From the NCBI GenBank assembly GCA_032718475.1, contig JAUCBJ010007687.1, positions 30,951 to 94,950 on the forward strand: a DNA stretch of 64,000 nt, read 5' to 3'. This stretch comes from Nemertoderma westbladi. Its lineage: Eukaryota; Animalia; Xenacoelomorpha. A model generated the notes under the pieces. That model was not told where the DNA came from. It ran no database searches and saw nothing but the letters and a program-made list of their open reading frames with translations. Position 1 is the first letter of the stretch; every line of letters begins with the position of its first letter. Shown in pieces: positions 40,701-51,900 of the stretch. The position numbers and the translations under genes are program-made.

Positions 40701-42720
40701 TTGGAATACTTCTGATGACGTCATAGGTTTTAAAGACAAAACATTATCGTCATCAAATAAAGTAACAAAGTTAACTATATTAAGTTTAGCATCACAAGTG
40801 TTTGACCCACTTGGATTATTGGGTCCTATCACAATTCGTTCACGTATTTTAATACAAACTTTATGGCGTTCAGGTTTTTCATGGAATGACACACTACCTG
40901 ATGATATTATTTCAGAATGGTCTGGAATTTTGATGGACATAAATTTAGCCTTTAAGTTTTTTGTACCCAGACAGTTATACATTGATTCTAATTCAACCTT
41001 TCATGTTTTCGGTGATGCATCCATGAAAGCCTATGGTGCTGCTGTTTATATTGTTAATGGTGTTTTTTCGCAGCTAGTTATTTCTAAGAGTAGAGTTGTA
41101 CCACTTAAGGAAAGTAAAAGCGAATCAAGTTTATCACTTCCACGCCTAGAATTAACTGCTGCAACGATCGGTGCTAGACTGTTACGATATGTTATTGATA
41201 CCTATTCTTACACTATGCCTATTAATGATTGTGCTACATATCTATGGTGTGATAGTAAAGTAGCCTTGTGTTGGATTGAGTCAAAGAAAGTTCATACCCA
41301 ACAGTACATATACAATCGAGTAAAGGAAATTCGAGAGTGTTTACCCGAAGGTAATTTTATGTATTTACCTTCTGCAGAAAATCCTACGGATTGTTTATCT
41401 AGAGGTACTTCTGCAGTCAAACTGCTTACTTCCGAATTATGGATTAATGGTCCGTCATGGTTACCTAAGGGTGATTGGCCAAATCAAAATGTACCTATAT
41501 CTGTATCAGAACAAGATAATAATTATTGCAGTGTAAACGTTATTAATAAAGTTGATATTAATGTTACACCCAATGAAATACCAGTAACCACTTCTGTTAT
41601 TGATGTGACTCGTTTTAGTGATTTTAATAAACTTGTTATTGTTACGTCACTAGTGTTTAGATTTGTACATAAATTGAAATCGAAAGTATCTGAACGGAAA
41701 TATAGATTAGTAGAGATAATATTACTCGTATAAAATTGCCGTTCATCCGGGTGTGTGAGTTTAATGAGGCTGAGATGTGGCTAATTAAACAAGCACAACG
41801 TGAGAGTCATCCTGACGTGTGGGAATATTTGGATGATCCAAAGGGACGTCGAGTGCCTTCTATTGTTAAACAATTACAGCTGGCAATGGTAGACGGCATA
41901 ATCCGCAGTATCGGCAGGATACAGAATGCAGATTTACCATGGGAAACAAGATATCCAATATTTCTTCCATCCCGCCATTATCTGACTAATCTCATCATTT
42001 TGCATGCTCATAGTGAATTAGTAAAGCATGCAGGTATAGGAGATACTGTACTTTGTCTCAGGCAAAAGTGGTGGATACCTTCTATTAGACAACGAGTAAA
42101 GTCTATACGGCGACAATGTAAGGTCTGTCGTAAAATACAAGGCCCACATTATCCAGTACCTCCACCTCCCCCTTTACCGAGTATTCGTGTTAAAGAACGT
42201 CGACCCTTTAATTGCACTGGTGTCGATTACACTGGTGCTGTGTCGGTAAGAAACAATGCTGAGAAAATAAAGGTATACATTGCTCTATTTACATGTAGCG
42301 CAAGTCGTGCAGTGCACCTGGAGATTGTAAGTGATAATACCCCAGATACCTTCTTAATGGCACTAAGGCGATTCGTTGGGCGCCGAGGATGTCCCTCATT
42401 AATAATGAGTGGTAATGCATCCACCTTTACAGCTGCTAATGGTTGTCTACGAATAGCTAGAGACAATTTTAAAGTTAGTAAATTCTTATTGACGAACTTT
42501 ATTTCATGGGAGTTTATTCCCGCGTCTTCTCCTTGGATGGGCGGTATATGGGAACGCCTTATAGGGTTGATGAAGACATTATTGAAGAAGGTATTGGGTT
42601 GTGCATTAGTGTCCTTGGAAGAGTTACATACTTTTGTTGTAGAAACCGAAACGGTGATGAATGACAGACCGTTAACTTACGTATATGGTAACAATGACGA
42701 CCCTCATCCCTTGACTCCGG
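37768..42720 (+). pseudogene. gag-pol of element C, truncated in integrase
   Basis: Gag LPKFSGEPIEWPNFWDRF, triple zinc knuckle, protease-like ALLDQSSQRTFI, RT YVDNL, RNase H VFGDASMKAYGA, integrase GVDYTG and WERLIG. Stops at 38533 and 38782, frameshift near 41700. Ends at PLTP. Confidence 0.92.
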
Positions 42721-42980
42721 GTCCAGGCACCACAAAATGTACAAACTATCAACCGACTCTATGATAGTGTACCAATGGTATAGATGTATCTCAGTATCTG
42801 CAGCTGCAGTATCCCACTGTCAGACAATAGTAGAAGAAGTAGCAGTGATATATAAAACGATACATCCTTCTGTCAGTTTAATAATCAGATTGTCAATAAC
42901 AATATATACCGGTAGCAATACCTCGCAAAGATACTGTAACACATAAATCGTGTACAGTACTGTATATTTGCGACAAGCGT

Positions 42981-43506
42981 GTTGGTGAGAACATTTCGAC
43001 CAAATTTGTTCGCAAGTACCTCAGGAACATTAATCCTAACGACCTTAATTCCTATAACTTGATCAACTTTATCCGTCAAGATCCGGAATATGGTGACTTG
43101 TTCATCAACTCGCATCCAGAACTACAGGAAGTTCATAGATGACCCTATGAATATAGAGCCCGAGAACGCGAGTTAGAAAGAACTATTAAACCGAGGAAAT
43201 TTCTCACTACTCACGGTCCACCTACCGCTCTCGTGCAAACGACCCGTCAGGGACCAGTAAGAGCTGCTGTCCTGAAACGCCCACTAAAGGTTGTTCAAAC
43301 CTCGTTCCACTGAGGTTGATATCGATCAACCGGGTACCTCGACCAACGGATACACCGACCGTAACCCTAAACCTTCCGATGCAATTGTATTGCACCCCTC
43401 ACCCAGGAGTTATAGCCCTCCTAGTAAAGTGGCTCGCCCCAAAGAGAAAAAGACTCTTGCTAGCCTCAAAAAACTTCGTAAACGCCGTTCACGTAAGAAG
43501 GACTAA
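42981..43506 (+). pseudogene. C-terminal part of ORF3 of element B, beyond nested element C
   Basis: The frame continues across the TSD (MKR|VGENISTKFVRKYLRNINP...). One stop and one frameshift. Ends in basic KKLRKRRSRKKD, homologous to A 5246-5578. Confidence 0.75.
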
Positions 43507-43584
43507 TAGTTTAGAGTATTTTTGTATTTTAGAAACTGTGATTTTTATATTTTTATAGAGTTAAATCCCATTTTCTGGGAGCGG

Positions 43585-46500
43585 TGTAAAAGCTTTTGCG
43601 GACATAACAAGTCATTTTTCCCGCAATGCGCAGTGTAGGGGCTTTTGCGGACATAACAAGTCATTTTTCCCTCAATGCGCAGAATACTCTAAAATAGCCC
43701 TAAATTTATCCAACTACGTGATGGTAAGGAATCAGAGCCCAGATGACGAAATCTATCAGCTGATTCTTTGTGGACGTGGAATCTCTTTGTTCGTCCAACC
43801 AATCAGAGCGATTTCCCCTTATGTCTGACAGAGGCCTATGGAAACCCGCGCAATGCATTACGGTCTTTGTTTACTATTTTTCTGAGCACCAGAACCGGCA
43901 CGGAATCTTCTGTACTTCTGTGTAGAAGTTTCAGACTTTGGCCTAAACATCAGATGGCTTGGATTATAAGAACGTAAATCTAATATCCCATTGAACACTA
44001 CATTGAACACTTAACTCCTGAAACATTACCTGACTGCTTGACTTTCATAACTGCATAAGTAACACATATGCTGACTGTTCACCGCATTATTTTACTTCTG
44101 TTATTAATTGTTGTTATATTGATGGATATTGTTGTTATATTTGGAGAATACCGATAAATAATCATAAAACCCCCAATCTTCTTGATTACTGAAGGTAAGA
44201 GGAACAGGTTTATCGGTAGCAGCTGCGACTTACATTATAGTGGTTTTTGTGTGAATTAAATGCTATTTCATAATCCCTACAATTGTCAGTTGCGATCTTC
44301 CTTATATATGATCAAATTCAGTGACGGTCGGCAGATTAGTGCGCAGTAGTGTGAAGTAGTGTGAGGTCGTGTGAAGTAGTGTGAAAGATATTAAAGCATC
44401 TCCTAAAGAATGCGCTATTTACGAAACTCTGTGGCCTTCTAGGTGGGATAAATATTTCTCCATTTGACGCAATACCGCCGCGGCCGCTATGAGGGAGGTG
44501 AATACCGCGGCCGCTCCTAAAGCCGCAGGCCATCGCTAACTATATAGGTTAACTTGGGATTCTGGTTAACTCCGCTATCTTTTATCTTAACATATATAAT
44601 TAAAATTACGAATTTTAAGGGTCGAAAAATATCGCGTTATTTTGGCCCTTTTTTTCAATTTTTTTGGGGCCAAAAATAACCCCTTCTCAAAAGATTAAGA
44701 AAAAAATTACGGCAAAGAATATACCAATTTTATTGAAATTGGACCACCATAACCGAAGTTAGAGCGATTTTAGTGAAAAAATAAAAATATTTTTTTTTGC
44801 AAAAAAATTAAGAATGGTCAATATTGGATTTCGAACCCGCGAACTTAAGTTTCATTAACGTGATTGATAACCACTAGACTATGTGACCAAGAGAATTTGA
44901 AATTTTCGAGTGACTATTTTTAAACATAAATAACTTCGGTTCTACAGGGCCGTTTAATCTGAAACTTTTTTCATTGGATAGAGGATAGATTGTAGTGTGT
45001 GAAATAGGATACAACTTGGGAAAAGATGCATGTGCACTTAGTGCAAAATGCACTTAAATAGTGAACATTTTTTCGATATTTCAAACCCTATTATTTCCAG
45101 TTCTATTCATCGTAGAATGTTATTTTTTGGATTAAAATGTAGTTTGGAATGATTTCTAACTATAATCGTAACATTTGTTTAACTTTTTATGTCTATAAAG
45201 TGACTTAAAAATGTCCATGAATATGGTCCAAAATCGCAAATCCAGATTTATTAAATTTGATTTTTGACACTTTTAGCGACTGACACTTGATCATACACCA
45301 TCGAAGATCGGTAGAGGATAAACATAAGTTTGTTAAATAAGAGCCACCATTACGATCTGCTAAAGTGCATTTGTACAAATAAGTGTGCAAAAGTGCAAAT
45401 TTTTTAATAAGGTCAAATTATATAGTATTGGGTTCTTTTCTTTGCAGATACTTTATTTTCATATTAATATGTTGTTTGAACCTTACTGAGCGCATTAGGG
45501 GATATGCGTACAAATAACCGGCCCTTATGAGGCTTCGATTGGGTAAATTAATAAAACATAAGGTTGTATAGTATAATATTCTAAAAACCAGTGTGATATT
45601 AAATGCACTTTAAATAATAAATAGAGATCAAATAACAATTGGACCACACAATTAAAAACTCGCACAATTTTGTACTTATTATATCGCTTCAAATTAATTT
45701 AACAGTGGATATTTGGGGGAAGGGGGAAGTTACAGTGTGCATTCGGGGGAAGTTTGGTGAACTGCATTTATGCAGTGAATCCAAACTTCCCCCTTTGATA
45801 TATCATATACTTAAGACATGCTAGGGTGACGGGGAAATATTTGTTACTGTCACACTTTGCTTCCATTTATCCTATCCTTTATTATTACCCCAGTCAGATA
45901 AGAGATAATAAATAGTAAAAACTAAACTAAACTGTCTTTCATGCAAACAAATTTCTAACTAAAGACGGGTGAATGACCATGACCATGGAAATAATTTTAA
46001 ATATAATCGTATATCAACTATTTGGGGAGGCTTCCAAGTTAAACCCGAAAACAATTATTTTGTTACATATATAGTAAATAACGTTGTATGTTCTTCTTCC
46101 TCTCATAATAAAATATAAATGAAATATCTCAGATAGCTATGCCCTGTAACATTTTACAACCAAAATATTTAAGTGTGAAAAGTGTAGGCCTACCACACTC
46201 CGCCCAAACAACCGCAAACGCATAGCCAACAAATTTAACAAAAGGTTACATACATGTTGGGTTCATGACGAGATGAGTGAAAATTGATCGCGTAATATAA
46301 AGTAAAAAATTAAGAGACGGGCTGGCTCTCCTCCACTTTCTTACCCAATGGATATGTTGTTGTAATAATCTAATATTGGGGCGGCTTTCTCTCGTTGTGA
46401 TTAGTATAAGTCATAACTCTGTTTTTATACTTAAAGCGCCACGTCCTAAAGGAACTGTTAATATTTCCCCGAAAGTAAATATATTTGTCAGAGATTATAT

Positions 46501-46723
46501 AGTAACGATCAATCGAATAATACAGTAGGTCTACATTGCAATAACTCTCAAGGCACCCGAATCCAGTCTTCCAGAATTGTGGGTGAATGATCGCGCATAG
46601 ACTGGCTTCGGCTAATGTTACTTCATGTGCACTAAATAATTGATATAGGCTAAAGTCGATTTATAAACAAGAGGACAACTAAAATTGGCAGGTTAAACTG
46701 ATAAAGGTCTAAAAGCGCGAACA
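43585..46723 (+). repeat. 3' LTR of element B, interrupted by a roughly 1.95-kb insertion
   Basis: LTR homology stops near 44445 and resumes at 46394 (gttgtgattagtataagtc). Confidence 0.88.
44446..46396. mobile_element. Non-autonomous element S (Helentron/HINE-like) in the 3' LTR of B
   Basis: Interrupts the LTR. Its last 600 bp are shared with 3569-4166. No ORF, and it ends at a GTT context in both copies. Left boundary approximate. Confidence 0.6.
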
Positions 46724-46820
46724 AACTATGTAGGCCTACAGTACAGTATACAGGACATGGGAACTATGTTGGCCTACAGTACAGTATACAGTAGCTTTTA
46801 TATGTAATACCGGTGGGTAC

Positions 46821-46949
46821 CTTCATCATCGGCACACACATCACATGTCGTTTGGCAGGCAGCTTCCATGAACTCTGGATTACTTTCAATTTCCCCTGCG
46901 ACAGCCCACCCGGGGCAGCTATCAGATATATCCGTCCATTCAAAACAGT
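46821..46949 (-). CDS. Coding exon 4: ShKT domain 2 (five Cys)
   Basis: cccAG acceptor and GTACCC donor, 129 nt, phase 1-1. Translates (D)CFEWTDISDSCPGWAVAGEIESNPEFMEAACQTTCDVCADDE. Confidence 0.85.
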
Positions 46950-47235
46950 CTGGGAAACAACAAAACAATTATATTAATATCGAATGGAAGAATCTTTAAG
47001 GCTCATAAAGCCACCACGGTGGAATGCATGTTCACCACCATGCACCATTGGTGGTGATCTTTCACAGTAAACACTTCTACAGCGTTTCCCAAGTTAACCT
47101 TGGTCCCCACCAGCGTTAAGCTACTGTAGGTTGCTAAAAACCAGCGTTAAGCTACTGTAGGTTGCAGCGTTAAGCTACTGTATGTTGCAGCGTTCAAAGC
47201 TTTTGTATTTAAATTGAATAGTTTTCGCAGCTTAC

Positions 47236-47373
47236 CATGATTGCATCCAAAGCAACTGTCCCAGCAGTCCGCAAACATAAACTCTTGGTTCGACTCGCAT
47301 TCCCCCATCCCACTCCAAAACTCACAAAACATATTCTCATCTACTCCATAATCGCACGTGTCAAGATTTGAAC
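47236..47373 (-). CDS. Coding exon 3: ShKT domain 1
   Basis: ttttAG acceptor and GTAAGC donor, 138 nt, phase 1-1. Translates (S)SNLDTCDYGVDENMFCEFWSGMGECESNQEFMFADCWDSCFGCNH. Confidence 0.9.
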
Positions 47374-47561
47374 CTAAAATATACAGGTAGTATAAATAAA
47401 AATAATGAACAATCCCTCAATTAGGCCTACCTCATAATCTTATCACTTTTTATTGCATACTGTAGGCCTATTCATGCTCAATTCATTATAAAGAATAAAA
47501 TTATGTTAATAGTTAATATGTAGTAATAAGTTAATATGTATAATAATAATTAATGTCTTAC

Positions 47562-48356
47562 TTGGAGTTGTTGTGTCAATTAGTATCCAAGGTGTAGTGC
47601 TTGACTCAGGTGGCACTGTACCAGGTGGTTGTTGTGTTGTTGTGTCATATATGATTCGAGGTGTAGTGCTTGACTCAGGTGGCACTGTTCCAGGTTCTTG
47701 TGGTGTTGTTGTGTCATATATGATTCGAGGTGTAGTGATTGACTCAGGTGGCACTGTACCAGGTGCTTTTTGTGTTGTTGTGTCATATATGATTCGAGGT
47801 GTACTGCTTGACTCAGGTGGCACTGTACCAGGTGCTTGTTGTGTTGTTGTGTCATATATGATTCGAGGTGTAGTGCTTGACTCAGGTGGCACTGTACCAG
47901 GTTGTTGTGGTGTTGTTGTGTCATATATGATTCGAGGTGTAGTGCTTGGCTCAGGTGGCCATGTACCAGGTGTTTGAGTTTGTGTTGCTGGTGTTGGGTC
48001 AATTATGATCCGAGGTGTAGTGCTTGACTCAGGTGGCACTGTACCAGGTTCTTGTGGTGTTGTTGTGTCATATATGATTCGAGGTGTAGTGCTTGACTCA
48101 GGTGGCACTGTACCAGGTTGTTGTGGTGTTGTTGTGTCATATATGATTCGAGGTGTAGTGCTTGGCTCCGGTGGCCATGTACCAGGTGTTTGTGTTGCTG
48201 GCGTTGGGTCAAGTATGATCCGAGGTGTAGTGCTTGACTCAGGTGGCACTGTACCAGGTTGTTGTGGTGTTGTTGTGTCATATATGATTCGAGGTGTAGT
48301 GGTTGGCTCCGGTGGCCATGTACCAGGTGATTGTGTTCCAGGTCCTCCAATTGTAC
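47562..48356 (-). CDS. Coding exon 2: Thr/Pro/Ser-rich mucin-like tandem repeat
   Basis: aatAG acceptor and GTAAGA donor, 795 nt, open frame. About 11 copies of a 23-25 aa unit PGTVPPESSTTPRIIYDTTTPQQ (about 69 bp). Confidence 0.88.
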
Positions 48357-48490
48357 CTATTTAAGTCAAAATAAATTAGATGGCATATTAATGTTAATGA
48401 TTTTATAAAAATTATTGAATTATCGCAAGGTACGGCATAAATGGACCGCGGTTGCTATAGTAATTAATAAAGTGACGTAATTAAACTTAC

Positions 48491-48557
48491 TTGATTCCGA
48501 TGTGACAAAATATGCGATTATAACTAATAGGATCTTCATTTTGCTGCCACGTTTCAT
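48491..48557 (-). CDS. Coding exon 1: signal peptide
   Basis: ATG at 48539 (in-frame alternative at 48557) gives (MKRGSK)MKILLVIIAYFVTSES, then a GTAAGT donor in phase 1. An acceptor-like ttttAG at 48568-48569 suggests a further non-coding exon upstream. Confidence 0.8.
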
Positions 48558-48964
48558 TTTCTATTTCCTAAAAGTAGAATATGAATAAAAGTTGATTCAG
48601 TTCACCATCTTATAATATATTTTATTGATTAAATTCAAGTTCAATAATGTAAAATCAATCCAGAATAGGTTATTACATAAATTTCACTTTGCATGGTGAT
48701 AATGAAATGAGTTTACTTGTGAGTGATAAAATAATAACTGGTCTTCGCAACGAAGCGCAGCAAATTACTGCCTTTCATTCCACAATTATATTGTGTGCCG
48801 CTTGGTGGCGCTACATATTTATAGCATGGTCTAAGAAACGACTTCTTAAGTTATTAATAAACGGCACTGTTTCGGGTGTTGCGTTGTGGCCAATTTATTA
48901 TATATTCAATACATTTACATTTACTAAGTTACAAAGTGCCGACCGACAAGGACTGTAATTTAAA

Positions 48965-51900
48965 TGTCCCCTTTCTCACAATACCCGCTTCCACACCATT
49001 GTGCCTCTCTCTCCCTTCTCACAATACCCGCTTCCACACCATTGTGCCTCTCTCCCCCTTCTCACAATACCCGCTTCCACACCATTGTGCCTCTCTCTCC
49101 CTTCTTACAATACCCGCTTCCACACCATTGTGCCTCTCTCCCCCTTCTCACAATACCCGCTTCCACACCATTGTGCCTCTCTTCCCCTTCTCACAATACC
49201 CGCTTCCACACCATTGTGCCTCTCTCCCCCTTCTCACAATACCCGCTTCCACACCATTGTTCCTCCCCCCCTTCTCACAATAACCGCTTCCACACCATTG
49301 TGCCTCTCTCCCCCTTCTCACAATACCCGCTTCCACACCATTGTTCATCTCCCCCCCTTCTCACAATAACCGCTTCCACAACATTGTGCCTCTCTCCCCC
49401 TTCTCACAATACCCGCTTCCACACCATTGTTCCTCCCCCCCTTCTCACAATAACCGCTTCCACACCATTGTGCCTCTCTCCCCCTTCTCACAATACCCGC
49501 TTCCACACCATTGTGCCTCTCTCCCCCTTCTCACAATACCCGCTTCCACACCATTGTGCCTCTCTCCCCCTTCTCACAATACCCGCTTCCACACCATTGT
49601 TCATCTCCCCCCCTTCTCACAATAACCGCTTCCACACCATTGTGCCTCTCTCCCCCTTCTCACAATACCCGCTTCCACACCATTGTGCCTCTCTCCCCCT
49701 TCTCACAATACCCGCTTCCACACCATTGTGCCTCTCTCCCCCTTCTCACAATACCCGCTTCCACACCATTGTGCATCTCTCCCCCTTCTCACAATAACCG
49801 CTTCCACAACATTGTGCCTCTCTCCCCCTTCTCACAATACCCGCTTCCACACCATTGTGCCTCTCTCTCCCTTCTCACAATACCCGCTTCCACACCATTG
49901 TGCCTCTCTCTCCCTTCTCACAATACCCGCTTCCACACCATTGTGCCTCTCTTCCCCTTCTCACAATACCCGCTTCCACACCATTGTGCCTCTCTCTCCC
50001 CTTCTCACAATACCCGCTTCCACACCATTGTGCCTCTCTCCCCTTCTCACAATACCCGCTTCCACACCATTGTGCCTCTCTCCCCCTTCTCACAATACCC
50101 GCTTCCACACCATTGTGCCTCTCTCCCCCTTCTCACAATACCCGCTTCCACACCATTGTGCCTCTCTCCCCCTTCTCACAATAACCGCTTCCACACCATT
50201 GTGCCTCTCTTCCCCTTCTCACAATACCCGCTTCCACACCATTGTTCCTCCCCCCCTTCTCACAATACCCGCTTCCACGCCATTGTGCCTCTCTCCCCCT
50301 TCTCACAATACCCGCTTCCACACCATTGTGCCTCTCTCCCCCTTCTCACAATACCCGCTTCCACACCATTGTTCCTCCCCCCCTTCTCACAATACCCGCT
50401 TCCACACCATTGTGCCTCTCTTCCCCTTCTCACAATACCCGCTTCCTCACCATTGTGCCTCTCTTCCCCTTCTCACAATACCCGCTTCCACGCCATTGTG
50501 CCTCTCTCCCCCTTCTCACAATACCCGCTTCCACACCATTGTGCCTCTCTTCCCCTTCTCACAATACCCGCTTCCACACCATTGTGCCTCTCTCTCCCTT
50601 CTTACAATACCCGCTTCCACACCATTGTGCCTCTCCCCCCCTTCTCACAATAACCGCTTCCACAACATTGTGCCTCTCTCCCCCTTCTCACAATACCCGC
50701 TTCCACACCATTGTGCCTCTCTCCCCCTTCTCACAATACCCGCTTCCACACCATTGAGCCTCTCTCTCCCTTCTTACAATACCCGCTTCCACACCATTGT
50801 GCCTCTCTCTCCCTTCTCACAATACCCGCTTCCACACCATTGTGCCTCTCTCTCCCTTCTCACAATACCCGCTTCCACACCATTGTGCCTCTCTCTCCCT
50901 TCTTACAATACCCGCTTCCACACCATTGTGCCTCTCTCTCCCTTCTCACAATACCCGCTTCCACACCATTGTGCCTCTCTCTCCCTTCTCACAATACCCG
51001 CTTCCACACCATTGTGCCTCTCTCTCCCTTCTTACAATACCCGCTTCCACACCATTGTGCCTCTCTCTCCCTTCTTACAATACCCGCTTCCACACCATTG
51101 TGCCTCTCTCTCCCTTCTCACAATACCCGCTTCCACACCATTGTGCCTCTCTCTCCCTTCTCACAATACCCGCTTCCACACCATTGTGCCTCTCTCTCCC
51201 TTCTTACAATACCCGCTTCCACACCATTGTGCCTCTCTCTCCCTTCTTACAATACCCGCTTCCACACCATTGTGCCTCTCTCTCCCTTCTCACAATACCC
51301 GCTTCCACACCATTGTGCCTCTCTCTCCCTTCTCACAATACCCGCTTCCACACCATTGTGCCTCTCTCTCCCTTCTCACAATACCCGCTTCCACACCATT
51401 GTGCCTCTCTCTCCCTTCTTACAATACCCGCTTCCACACCATTGTGCCTCTCTCCCCCTTCTCACAATACCCGCTTCCACACCATTGTGCCTCTCTCCCC
51501 CTTCTCACAATACCCGCTTCCACACCATTGTGCCTCTCTCCCCCTTCTCACAATACCCTCTTCCACACCATTGTGCCTCTCTCCCACTTCTCACAATACC
51601 CGCTTCCACACCATTGTGCCTCTCTCCCACTTCTCACAATACCCTCTTCCACACCATTGTGCCTCTCTCCCACTTCTCACAATACCCGCTTCCACACCAT
51701 TGTGCCTCTCTCCCCCTTCTCACAATACCCGCTTCCACACCATTGTGCCTCTCTCCCCCTTCTCACAATACCCGCTTCCACACCATTGTGCCTCTCTTCC
51801 CCTTCTCACAATACCCGCTTCCACACCATTGTGCCTCTCTCCCACTTCTCACAATACCCTCTTCCACACCATTGTGCCTCTCTCCCACTTCTCACAATAC

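Larger units (their letters stand above)
37248..42975 (+). mobile_element. Nested BEL/Pao element C (different family) with inverted 238-bp LTRs
   Basis: LTR 37248-37485 (TG..CA), PBS 37489-37506, inverted PBS plus LTR at 42716-42975. Perfect TSD AGCGT (37243-37247 / 42976-42980). Confidence 0.93.
21202..46723 (+). mobile_element. BEL/Pao LTR retrotransposon copy B (defective, with nested insertions)
   Basis: 5' LTR 21202-22381 and 3' LTR 43585-46723. Perfect TSD AACTA (21197-21201 / 46724-46728). PPT-like GGGAGCGG at 43577-43584. Colinear with element A. Confidence 0.93.

Noticed and set aside
37248-42975. Element C as a TIR DNA transposon or DIRS element
   Set aside because: It encodes BEL gag/RT/RNase H/DDE integrase, has a PBS and a 5-bp TSD, and has no transposase or tyrosine recombinase.
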